From Octopus sinensis (lineage: Eukaryota), in the NCBI RefSeq assembly GCF_006345805.1, contig NC_043026.1:13619579-13683578 (forward strand): a stretch of DNA of 64,000 bases. The letters run 5' to 3'. A model generated the notes under the pieces. The model made no database searches. It saw nothing but the letters and a program-made list of their open reading frames with translations, and was not told the origin of the DNA. The position numbers and the translations under genes are program-made. Below, piece by piece: positions 1 to 11,442 of this stretch (within the stretch, counting starts at the first letter, position 1; each line of letters opens with the position of its first letter).

Positions 1-54
1 ATGGCATTGAAAGGTGCGTGAGCATATTTAGGGTACCTGAATATATTCAGCTGC

Positions 55-380
55 ATCATCATCATCATCATCATCATTTAGTGTCTTCTTTCCATGCTGG
101 CATGGGTTGGACGGTTCAACTGGGATCTGGGAAGCCAGAAGGCTGCACCAGGCTCCAGTCTTGATCTGGCAGTGTTTCTACAGCTGGATGCTCTTCCTAA
201 TGCCATCCACTCCGAGAGTGTAGTGGGTGCTTTTTACGTGCCACCGGCACGAGGGCCAGTTTGGTGGTACTGGCAGCAGCCACGTCCAAATGGTGCTTTT
301 ACGTGCCGCCTGCACAGGAACCAGTCCAGTGGCACTGGCGACGTCCTCACTCGAATGTTTCACGTGCCACCAGCACAAAA
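55..380 (-). mobile_element. Short retroposon with (GAT)n tail and GGCGTTAGGAAGGGCATCC-type motif (probably RTE-mobilised)
   Basis: (CAT)n run then ttccatgctggcatgggttggacgg...gctggatgctcttcctaa; same family recurs at ~14212, 31205, 34990, 37640, 39625, 53975, 55095, 61800. Confidence 0.7.
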
Positions 381-547
381 TTATCTCGTAGCTTTGAGAT
401 TTTGATGATGTGATTTGTTTACTTACAGAATGACATTGTAGGGTAGGTGTGAGAGGCTGGACCTTGCTAGTTTCAACATAAAAATGGATACAGCTAATGT
501 AACCCTTCAACATTCAGATTCCTGTGTCAATTGTAATGTTTATTTGT

Positions 548-945
548 TCTTTTACTTGTTTCAGGCATTTGACTGCGGCCATGCTGGAGCACTGCCTTTA
601 ATCGAGCAAATCGACCCCAGGACTTATTCTTTGTAAGCCTAGTACTTATTCTATCGGCCTCTTTTGCTGAACTGCTAAGTAACGGGGACATAAACACACC
701 AGCACTGGTTGTCAAGCGATGTTGGGGGGACAATCACAGACACACAAACACACACACACATATATATATATACATATATACGACGGGCTTCTTTCAGTTT
801 CCGTCTACCAAATCCACTCACAAGGCTTTGGTCGGCCCGAGGCTATAGTAGAAGACACTTGCCCAAGGTGCCATGCAATGGGACTGAACCCGGAACCATG
901 TGGTTGGTAAGCAAGCTACTTACCACACAGCCACTCCTATGCCTA
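548..945 (-). mobile_element. Abundant tRNA-derived CORE-like SINE with internal (TA)n(TG)n microsatellite (SINE family A)
   Basis: Head tggctgtgtggt...ggttcagtccc (pol III A/B-box-like), ccttgggcaagt core, internal microsatellite, tail ...gactgaaacaagtaaaaga; more than 15 copies in the window. Confidence 0.85.
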
Positions 946-1354
946 TGTTTTGAATTAATCATGCATTATCTCGAAATTTCAATGATGTGATTAATTTTTA
1001 GAATGATGTTGTAGGGTAAGTGGGAGAAGTCTGATCTAGCTGGTTTTAATATAAAGCCGGTAGAATATTTGGATCAATACAGCTACAGTAAACCCTTTAG
1101 CATACAGATTGATCTGTCAAACCTAATGTTTATTTATTCATATTGTTTTAAATTACTCATGCAATCTCATACCTTTGAGATTTCTATGATATAATAGTAT
1201 ATTTTTAGAATGATGTCGGGTAGGTGTGATATGCCAGATCTGGCTGGTTCCAATACAAAAGAGGTAGAATATTTTGGTTGGATGTGGGCAGTTTAAATAA
1301 TAAAGGGTTAAAGTGGATTTTCACAAAATCACAGCCATATTTTTCATAACTTTC

Positions 1355-1770
1355 ATAGGCATAGGAGTGGTTGTGTGGTAAGTAGCTTGCTTACCAACCA
1401 CATGGTTCCGGGTTCAGTTCCACTGCATGGCACCTCGGGCAAGTGTCTTCTACTATAGCCTCGGGCTGACCCAAAGCCTTGTGAGTGGATTTGGTAGACG
1501 GAAACTGAAAGAAGCCCGTCGTATATATGCATATTTATATATATATATGTGTGTGTGTGTGTGTCTGTATATGTTTGTTCCCCCAACATCACTTGACAAC
1601 CGATGCTGGTGTGTTTACGTCCCCATAACTTAGCGGTTCGACAAAAGAGACTGATAGAATAAGTACTAGGCTTACAATGAATAAGTCCTGGGGTCGAGTT
1701 GCTCGACTAAAGGTGGTGCTCCAGCATGGCCACAGTCAAATGACTGAAACAAGTAAAAGAGTAAAGAGAG
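1355..1770 (+). mobile_element. SINE family A copy
   Basis: Full head, microsatellite and tail match to the family. Confidence 0.85.
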
Positions 1771-1899
1771 GGAGAACTTACGTGTTTCCTGTAACAATCA
1801 CAGCTATTACATGAGAGAGAGAATCATTTTGTTATCATAGGTGAGATTAGAAAATTGAAATTAAGGAATTATATAAAAAGAAAAATCTTTAGAACTCAC

Positions 1900-2298
1900 A
1901 TAGGGCGCAGGAGTGGCTTTGTGGTAAGTAGCTTGTTTACCAACCACATGGTTCCGGGTTCAGTCCCACTGCGTGGCACCTTGGGCAAGTGTCTTCTACT
2001 ATAGCCTCGGGCCGACCAAAGCCTTGTGAGTGGATTTGGTAGACGGAAACTGAAAGAAGCCCGTCGTATATATGTATATATATATATGCGTGTGTGTGTG
2101 TTTGTCCCCCTAGCATTGCTTGACAACCGATGCTGGTGTGTTTATGTCCCCGTTACTTAGCGGTTTGGCAAAAGAGACCGATAGAATAAGTACTGGGCTT
2201 ACAAAAGAATAAGTCCCGGGGTCGAGTTGCTCGATTAAAGGCGGTGCTCCAGCATGGCCGCAGTCAAATGACTGAAACAACTAAAAGAGTAAAAGAGA
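1900..2298 (+). mobile_element. SINE family A copy
   Basis: Full-length match; ends ~65 nt upstream of the HMGCS exon acceptor. Confidence 0.85.
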
Positions 2299-2364
2299 TA
2301 TTTAAAATTAAAAAAAAATGTTTTTGTTAATACATAGTTCATAAAATTTCTTTGAATTCTTCAG

Positions 2365-2518
2365 AAAACTTCACTGTGGCTAGCGCCAATGCATTTGTGT
2401 TTCATTCACCATACTGTAAACTGGTGCAGAAATCTCTGGCCCGGCTTGTACTCAATGATTTTCTGCGAGACCCCAATCCCGACTTCAACGGATTGTACAA
2501 TGGTCTTGAAGAATTCAG
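2365..2518 (+). CDS. HMGCS1: HMG-CoA synthase internal exon (NFTVASANAFVFHSPYCKLVQKSLARLVLNDFLRDPNPDFNGLYNGLEEF)
   Basis: ttcttcag acceptor and gtgagt donor; contains FHSPYCKLVQKSLAR, the conserved HMG-CoA synthase motif; phase 1 to phase 2. The upstream exons lie outside the window. Confidence 0.96.
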
Positions 2519-2606
2519 GTGAGTCTAACACATTTTTTATTAATCTTCAACCAATATGCTGTGGCACCAAAGTTTTTTGGGGGTTTTTTCTCATTCTCTG
2601 TCTTGT

Positions 2607-5600
2607 TTGCAGCGTGGAAGGTGTTTGTAAGCCATTTAAGAAACACAGAAAAGCCGTTCGATTCACTTCAACATTTAAGTTTAATTTGTCAGAATATTTT
2701 CGTCGCTTTAAGACCGCGAGCTGTTCATTGACAAAAATCCATGCTGAATAAGGTTTATATATATATATATATACAATTGCAGCGTGGAAGGTGTTTATAA
2801 GCCATTTAAGAAACACACAAAAGCCGTTCGATTCACTTCAACATTTAAGTTTAATTTGTCAAAATATTTTCATTGCTTTAAGACCGCGACCTGTTCATTG
2901 ACAAAAATCCATGCTGAATAAGGTTTATATATATATATATAATTGCAGCGTGGAAGGTGTTTGTAAGCCATTTAAGAAACACACAAAAGCCGTTCGATTC
3001 ACTTCAACATTTAAGTTTATTTGTCAGAATATTTTCGTCGCTTTAAGACCGCGACCTGTTCATTGACAAAAATCCATGCTGAATAAGGTTTATATATATA
3101 TATATATACAATTGCAGCGTGGAAGGTGTTTATAAGCCATTTAAGAAACACACAAAAGCCGTTCGATTCACTTCACTTCAACATTTAAGTTTAATTTGTC
3201 AAAATATTTTCATTGCTTTAAGACCGCGACCTGTTCATTGACAAAAATCCATGCTGAATAAGGTTTATATATATATATATAATTGCAGCGTGGAAGGTGT
3301 TTATAAGCCATTTAAGAAACACACAAAAGCCGTTCGATTCACTTCAACATTTAAGTTTAATTTGTCAAAATATTTTCATTGCTTTAAGACCGCGACCTGT
3401 TCATTGACAAAAATCCATGCTGAATAAGGTTTATATATATATATATATACAATTGCAGTTGCAGCGTGGAAGGTGTTTATAAGCCATTTAAGAAACACAC
3501 AAAGCCGTTCGATTCACTTCAACATTTAAGTTTATTTGTCAAAATATTTTCATTGCTTTAAGACCGCGACCTGTTCATTGACAAAAATCCATGCTGAATA
3601 AGGTTTATATATATATATATATACAATTGCAGCGTGGAAGGTGTTTATAAGCCATTTAAGAAACACACAAAGCCGTTCGATTCACTTCAACATTTAAGTT
3701 TAATTTGTCAAAATATTTTCATTGCTTTAAGACGCGACCTGTTCATTGACAAAACCATGCTGAATAAGGTTTATATATATATATATATATACAATTGCAG
3801 CGTGGAAGGTGTTTATAAGCCATTTAAGAAACACACAAAAGCCGTTCGATTCACTTCAACATTTAAGTTTAATTTGTCAAAATATTTTCATTGCTTTAAG
3901 ACCGCGACCTGTTCATTGACAAAAATCCATGCTGAATAAGGTTTATATATATATATATATATACAATTGCAGCGTGGAAGGTGTTTATAAGCCATTTAGA
4001 AACACACAAAAGCCGTTCGATTCACTTCAACATTTAAGTTTAATTTGTCAAAATATTTTCATTGCTTTAAGACCGCGACCTGTTCATTGACAAAAATCCA
4101 TGCTGAATAAGGTTTATATATATATATATATACAATTGCAGCGTGGAAGGTGTTTATAAGCCATTTAAGAAACACACAAAGCCGTTCGATTCACTTCAAC
4201 ATTTAAGTTTAATTTGTCAAAATATTTTCATTGCTTTAAGACCGCGACCTGTTCATTGACAAAAATCCATGCTGAATAAGGTTTATATATATATATATAA
4301 TTGCAGCGTGGAAGGTGTTTATAAGCCATTTAAGAAACACACAAAAGCCGTTCGATTCACTTCAACATTTAAGTTTAATTTGTCAAAATATTTTCATTGC
4401 TTTAAGACCGCGACCTGTTCATTGACAAAAATCCATGCTGAATAAGGTTTATATATATATATATATACAATTGCAGCGTGGAAGGTGTTTTAAGCCATTT
4501 AAGAAACACACAAAAGCCGTTCGATTCACTTCAACATTTAAGTTTAATTTGTCAAAATATTTTCATTGCTTAAGACCGCGACCTGTTCATTGACAAAAAT
4601 CCATGCTGAATAAGGTTTATATATATATATATACAATTGCAGCGTGGAAGGTGTTTATAAGCCATTTAAGAACACACAAAAGCCGTTCGATTCACTTCAA
4701 CATTTAAGTTTAATTTGTCAAAATATTTTCATTGCTTTAAGACCGCGACCTGTTCATTGACAAAAATCCATGCTGAATAAGGTTTATATATATATATATA
4801 TACAATTGCAGCGTGGAGGTGTTTATAAGCCATTTAAGAAACACACAAAAGCCGTTCGATTCACTTCAACATTTAAGTTTAATTTGTCAAAATATTTTCA
4901 TTGCTTTAAGACCGCGACCTGTTCATTGACAAAAATCCATGCTGAATAAGGTTTATATATATATATATATACAATTGCAGCGTGGAAGGTGTTTATAAGC
5001 CATTTAAGAAACACACAAAAGCCGTTCGATTCACTTCAACATTTAAGTTTAATTTGTCAAAATATTTTCATTGCTTTAAGACCGCGACCTGTTCATTGAC
5101 AAAAATCCATGCTGAATAAGGTTTATATATATATATATATACAATTGCAGCGTGGAAGGTGTTTATAAGCCATTTAAGAAACACACAAAAGCCGTTCGAT
5201 TCACTTCAACATTTAAGTTTAATTTGTCAAAATATTTTCATTGCTTTAAGACCGCGACCTGTTCATTGACAAAATCCATGCTGAATAAGGTTTTATATAT
5301 ATATATATACAATTGCAGCGTGGAAGGTGTTTATAAGCCATTTAAGAAACACACAAAAGCCATTCGATTCACTTCAACATTTAAGTTTAATTTGTCAAAA
5401 TATTTTCATTGCTTTAAGACCGCGACCTGTTCATTGACAAAAATCCATGCTGTATAAGGTTTATATATATATATATATACAATTGCAGCGTGGAAGGTGT
5501 TTATAAGCCATTTAAGAAACACACAAAAGCCGTTCGATTCACTTCAACATTTAAGTTTAATTTGTCAAAATATTTTCATTGCTTTAAGACCGCGACCTGT

Positions 5601-6620
5601 TCATTGACAAAAATCCATGCTGAATAAGGTTTATATATATATATATAATTGCAGCGTGGAAGGTGTTTATAAGCCATTTAAGAAACACACAAAAGCCGTT
5701 CAATTCACTTCAACATTTAAGTTTAATTTGTCAAAATATTTTCATTGCTTTAAGACCGCGACCTGTTCATTGACAAAAATCCATGCTGAATAAGGTTTAT
5801 ATATATATATATATACATTGCAGCGTGGAAGGTGTTTATAAGCCATTTAAGAAACACACAAAAGCCGTTCGATTCACTTCAACATTTAAGTTTAATTTGT
5901 CAAAATATTTTCATTGCTTTAAGACCGCGACCTGTTCATTGACAAAAATCCATGCTGAATAAGGTTTATATATATATATATACAATTGCAGCGTGGAAGG
6001 TGTTTATAAGCCATTAAGAAACACACAAAAGCCGTTCGATTCACTTCAACATTTAAGTTTAATTGTCAAAATATTTTCATTGCTTTAAGACCGCGACCTG
6101 TTCATTGACAAAAATCCATGCTGAATAAGGTTTATATATATATATATATACAATTGCAGCGTGGAAGGTGTTTATAAGCCATTTAAGAAACACACAAAAG
6201 CCGTTCGATTCACTTCAACATTTAAGTTTAATTTGTCAAAATATTTTCATTGCTTTAAGACCGCGACCTGTTCATTGACAAAAATCCATGCTGAATAGGT
6301 TTATATATATATATATATACAATTGCAGCGTGGAAGGTGTTTATAAGCCATTAAGAAACACACAAAAGCCGTTCGATTCACTTCAACATTTAAGTTTAAT
6401 TTGTCAAAATATTTTCATTGCTTTAAGACCGCGACCTGTTCATTGACAAAAATCCATGCTGAATAGGTTTATATATATATATATATACAATTGCAGCGTG
6501 GAAGGTGTTTATAAGCCATTTAAGAAACACACAAAAGCCGTTCGATTCACTTCAACATTTAAGTTTAATTTGTCAAAATATTTTCGTCGCTATAAGACCG
6601 CGACCTGTTCACTGACAAAA
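2607..6620 (-). repeat. Left arm of foldback element 1: 24 tandem ~169-bp units, each with a variable (TA)n tract and a hammerhead-like core on the minus strand
   Basis: gcagcgtggaagg recurs 24 times from 2609 to 6493 (spacing 163-176 nt). Confidence 0.95.
6569..6619 (-). ncRNA. Type I hammerhead ribozyme-like motif with G3-C8 swapped core
   Basis: Minus strand: UUUGUCA / GUGAACA / G / GUCGC-ggucuuaua-GCGAC / GAAA A UA UUU / UGACAAA. 7-bp helix I, 5-bp helix II closed by G10.1-C11.1, palindromic helix III (AAUAUU). Activity untested. Confidence 0.72.
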
Positions 6621-6897
6621 TTCCGTGCTGCATCACGAAGTTTTGTCAGTGAACAGGTTTAGCTGGACGGATGGACTTGTTTATTCTGTCTTGTACTTAT
6701 TCTATCGATCTGTTTTGCCGAACCGACATATTAAAAAAGATTAAAAAAGAAACTTTACTCATGGGACAAACAGTAATAACAACAAGCAAGCTACAACTAT
6801 AATGATGATAATAATAATAATGGTTTAATTTGTAAAAATATTTTCGTCGCTTTAAGACCGTGACCTGTTCACTGACAAAAATCTGTGTTGCATACAG

Positions 6898-7361
6898 GTG
6901 AACAGGTCGCGGTCTTAAAGCGACGAAAATATTTTGACAAATTAAACTTAACTGTTGAAGTGAATCGAACGGCTTTTGTGTGTTTCTTAAATGGCTTATA
7001 AACACCTTCCACGCTGCAATTGTATATATATATATATATAAACCTTATTCAGCATGGATTTTTGTCAATGAACAGGTCGCGGTCTTAAAGCAATGAAAAT
7101 ATTTTGACAAATTAAACTTAAATGTTGAAGTGAATCGAACGGCTTTTGTGTGTTTCTTAAATGGCTTACAAACACCTTCCACGCTGCAATTATATATATA
7201 TATATATATATAAACCTTATTCAGCATGGATTTTTGTCAGTGAACAGGTCACGGTCTTAAAGCGATGAAAATATTTTGACAAATTAAATTTAAATGTTGA
7301 AGTGAATCTAACAGTTTTTGTGTGTTTCTTAAATGGCTTACAAACACCTTCCACGCTGCAA
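6898..7361 (+). repeat. Right arm of foldback element 1: three inverted ~169-bp units
   Basis: Reverse complement of the left-arm unit; ends ...ccttccacgctgcaa, mirroring the start at 2607. Confidence 0.93.
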
Positions 7362-7554
7362 TTGTTTTCGTTCCAGCACATGATCTCAGATCAAGTCACT
7401 TGCTATGCAAGTACATCTCCGTAATCTGTTTTGCTTATTTTTTTGATTCCTTGTAATATACGAATGCACAATGACTAAGGAATTCGCCTCATGGCCATGT
7501 CGTGTTCAGTTCAGTCTCACTGCATGACACCTTTGCCAAATGCCTTCTACCTAT

Positions 7555-7785
7555 TTCTTTACTGCCCACAAGGGGCTAAACACAGAGAGGACAAACATGG
7601 GCAGACAAACGGATTAAGTCGATTACATCGACCCCAGTGTGTAACTGGTACTTAATTTATCGACCCCCAAAAGGATGAAAGGCAAAGTCGACCTCAGCAG
7701 AAATTGAACTCAGAACGTAACGGCAGACGAATATGGCTATGTATTTTGCCCAGCGTGCTAACGTTTCTGCCAGCTTGCCGCCTTC
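7555..7785 (-). mobile_element. tRNA-derived SINE family B monomer (Deu/Nin-like central domain)
   Basis: Reverse complement reads ggcaagctggcagaaacgttagcacg...gagttcaatttc...gtcgactttgcctttcatcctttt...; the domain assignment is from memory of Deu/Nin-SINE consensus. Confidence 0.8.
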
Positions 7786-8008
7786 TACCATTGCCTTTGG
7801 CCAACCAATGCCATATGAGCAAATTTGGTTGATGGAAACTGCAAGAAAGACCATCCTATATCGAACGGCTTTTGTGTGTTTCTTAAATGGCTTACAAACA
7901 CCTTCCACACTGCAATTGTTGAAAATTGTTTATTTAGAGCATAAAGCCATCATTTACATAATCTCTTGAACTTATTAATTATGCATTTATTTATTTATTT
8001 ATTTGCAG

Positions 8009-8179
8009 GAAAATTGAACTGGAGTCTACATACTTTAATAAGCAAGTGGAATCTACGTTTGTGAAGTGCAGTGAAAAGGCATTCCTTCAGAAAACCAAAC
8101 CGTCTCTTTTTTTGGCAAACAGAATCGGAAACATGTACACTCCATCAGTCTACAGCTGTTTACTCTCCTATATAATGCA
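8009..8179 (+). CDS. HMGCS1: HMG-CoA synthase internal exon (KIELESTYFNKQVESTFVKCSEKAFLQKTKPSLFLANRIGNMYTPSVYSCLLSYIM)
   Basis: tttgcag acceptor, gtaagg donor; conserved GNMYTxSVY motif; 171 nt, phase 2 to 2, matches both neighbouring exons. Confidence 0.96.
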
Positions 8180-8197
8180 GTAAGGATGAATGGCTTC

Positions 8198-9054
8198 TTA
8201 ACCCTTTCGTTACTGTATTTATTTTGCGATGCTCTGTGTTTCTTTCAATTACTTTAAATATAACAAAGAATTTAGTAAAATAACTTAGTTATCATTCAGC
8301 TAGTGTTAGGAACATAAATTGTGACTAAGGTTTGGTGGAAGATTTTAATTCAGAACTTATGAAAACAAGATACTTGTACTACAGAGCCAGAGCTGGTTTT
8401 AACCAGGTTGGTACCGAAAAGGGTTAAGAATTGTTTCTCTATTGTATATTTCAACACTTTTGTTACCATATTTCTGTTGAGATGCTCTGTGTTTCTTTCA
8501 ATTACTTTAAATATAACAAAGAATTTAGTAAAATAACTTAGTTATCATTAAGCTAGTGTTGGGAACATAAATTGTGACTAAGGTTTGGTGGAAGATTTTA
8601 ATTCAAAACTTACGAAAACAAGACATTTGTAGTACAGAGCCAGAGGTGGTTTCAGCCAGGTTGGTATTGAAAGGGTTAAAAACACTTCTACATTTGGGTA
8701 GACAGACATTAGAAGCAGTTGAAAGGGTGTGGATTGAAGGAAATTTTGGCTATTATTTCTAGCATATAGAGTAACCACATTGAGGTCTCCTTCTCTCATG
8801 TCTTCTGCTGATTATTTTTCTTCTTAACCCTTTTGTTACCATATTTCTGTTGAGATGCTCTGTGTTTCTTTCAATTACTTTAAATATAACAAAGAATTTA
8901 GTAAAATAACTTGGTTATCATTCAGCTAGAGTTAGGAACATAAATTGTGACTAAGGTTTTTGGTGGAAGATTTTAATTCAGAACTTATGAAAATAAGAGA
9001 TTTGTACAACTGAACCAGAGGTGGTTTTGGCCGGGTTGGTATCAAAAGGGTTAA
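8198..9054. mobile_element. Cluster of three ~225-bp piggyBac-like MITEs
   Basis: ttaa-ccctttcg...cgaaaaggg-ttaa (8198-8427) and ttaa-cccttttg...caaaaggg-ttaa (8824-9054), plus a middle copy ending at ~8678; TTAA flanks and CCC/GGG termini. Confidence 0.8.
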
Positions 9055-9100
9055 AGGGCATCTTTTGAAGTTTCTCCTTTTCTGTGTATGATTTTTGTTT

Positions 9101-11394
9101 TGTGAGGTATTTTTGCCATCTCAATATGGCTAACCACTAAGGGTGGGTGTTACTGTAGCTTCTAGCCCCAGGAGAACATCATCTCCAGCTGGCTTTAGGC
9201 ACACTATCTGTGCCCTATCGGTATTTGCAAAGGGAGGTCATCCTTCCCTTGTCAACCTAAGTGATACGCACAGACTGCAATTTCTAGGTATTGACCCGTC
9301 ATCAGCGTACGACAATCACCGGTTTTCGATGAAGGGAGTCCCAATGCAAATCCTTATATCCTTTTTCCAGTAACTTTTCGTCACTGATCTTGAAAAACTG
9401 TATGCAAGCAATAATAAATCTCTTAACTAGATGTAAACAGTAACTGCACGACAACGTGAGGTATATTTGCCATCTCAATATGGCTAACCACTAAGGGTGG
9501 GTGTTGCAAATACCTTAAGGGCACAGAAAGTGTGCCTAAAGCCAGCTGGAGACGATGTTCTCCTGGGGCTACAAGCTACAGTAACACCCACCCTTAGTGG
9601 TTAGCCATATTGGGATGGCAAATATACCTCACATTGTCGTGCAGTTACTGTTTATACTTCGTTCAGAGATTTATTATTGCTTGCATACAGATTTTCAAGA
9701 TCAGTGACGTAAAGGTACTGGAAAAAGGATATAAGGATTTGCATTGGGACCCTTCCATCGAAACCGATGATTGTCGTACGCTGATGACGGGTCAATACCT
9801 AGAAACTGCAGTCTGTGCGTATCACTTAGGTTGACAAGGGAAGGATGACCTCCCTTTGCAAATACCTTAAGGGCACAGAAAGTGTGCCTAAAGCCAGCTG
9901 GAGACGATGTTCTCCTGGGGCTACAAGCTACAGTAACACCCACCCTTAGTGGTTAGCCATATTGGGATGGCAAATATACCTCACATTGTCGTGCAGTTAC
10001 TGTTTATACTTCGTTCAGAGATTTATTATTGCTTGCATACAGATTTTCAAGATCAGTGACGTAAAGGTACTGGAAAAAGGATATAAGGATTTGCATTGGG
10101 ACCCTTCCATCGAAACCGATGATTGTCGTACGCTGATGACGGGTCAATACCTAGAAACTGCAGTCTGTGCGTATCACTTAGGTTGACAAGGGAAGGATGA
10201 CCTCCCTTTGCAAATACTGATAGGGCACAGAAAGTGTGCCTAAAGCCAGCTGGAGACGATGTTCTCCTGGGGCTACAAGCTACAGTAACACCCACCCTTA
10301 GTGGTTAGCCATATTGAGATGGCAAATATACCTCACATTGTCGTGCAGTTACTGTTTATACTTCGTTCAGAGATTTATTATTGCTTGCATACAGATTTTC
10401 AAGATCAGTGACGTAAAGGTACTGGAAAAAGGATATAAGGATTTGCATTGGGACCCTTCCATCGAAACCGATGATTGTCGTACGCTGATGACGGGTCAAT
10501 ACCTAGAAACTGCAGTCTGTGCGTATCACTTAGGTTGACAAGGGAAGGATGACCTCCCTTTGCAAATACCTTAAGGGCACAGAAAGTGTGCCTAAAGCCA
10601 GCTGGAGACGATGTTCTCCTGGGGCTACAAGCTACAGTAACACCCACCCTTAGTGGTTAGCCATATTGAGATGGCAAATATACCTCACATTGTCGTGCAG
10701 TTACTGTTTATACTTCGTTCAGAGATTTATTATTGCTTGCATACAGATTTTCAAGATCAGTGACGTAAAGGTACTGGAAAAAGGATATAAGGATTTGCAT
10801 TGGGACCCTTCCATCGAAACCGATGATTGTCGTACGCTGATGACGGGTCAATACCTAGAAACTGCAGTCTGTGCGTATCACTTAGGTTGACAAGGGAAGG
10901 ATGACCTCCCTTTGCAAATACCTTAAGGGCACAGATAGTGTGCCTAAAGCCAGCTGGAGACGATGTCCTCCTGGGGCTACAAGCTACAGTAACACCCACC
11001 CTTAGTGGTTAGCCATATTGGGATGGCAAATATACCTCACATTGTCGTGCAGTTACTGTTTATACTTCGTTCAGAGATTTATTATTGCTTGCATACAGAT
11101 TTTCAAGATCAGTGACGTAAAGGTACTGGAAAAAGGATATAAGGATTTGCATTGGGACCCTTCCATCGAAAACCGGTGATTGTCGTACGCTGATGACGGG
11201 TCAATACCTAGAAACTGCAGTCTGTGCGTATCACTTAGGTTGACAAGGGAAGGATGACCTCCCTTTGCAAATACCGATAGGGCACAGAAAGTGTGCCTAA
11301 AGCCAGCTGGAGACGATGTTCTCCTGGGGCTACAAGCTACAGTAACACCCACCCTTAGTGGTTAGCCATATTGGGATGGCAAAAATACCTCACA
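9101..11394. mobile_element. Foldback element 2: inverted arm of ~1.15 units plus ~5.4 tandem 352-bp hammerhead-containing units, flanked by a TSD
   Basis: Starts tgtgaggtatttttgccatc and ends gatggcaaaaatacctcaca; flanks atttttgtttt at 9091-9101 and 11394-11404; the 352 period is confirmed by repeated ORFs at 9610/9962/10314/10666. Confidence 0.93.
9775..9819 (+). ncRNA. Type I hammerhead-like motif (repeated at cores 9781, 10133, 10485, 10837, 11190; minus-strand copy at 9273-9305)
   Basis: CGUACG / CUGAUGA / C GGGU-caau-ACCU A / GAAAC-UGCA-GUC / UGUGCG. Full core, 6-bp helix I, palindromic UGCA loop; the base of helix II is a non-canonical C.A. Confidence 0.75.
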
Positions 11395-11442
11395 TTTTTG
11401 TTTTGTTTTCACTTTTTTATTTTTTGTGGCTGTTTGCATAAT

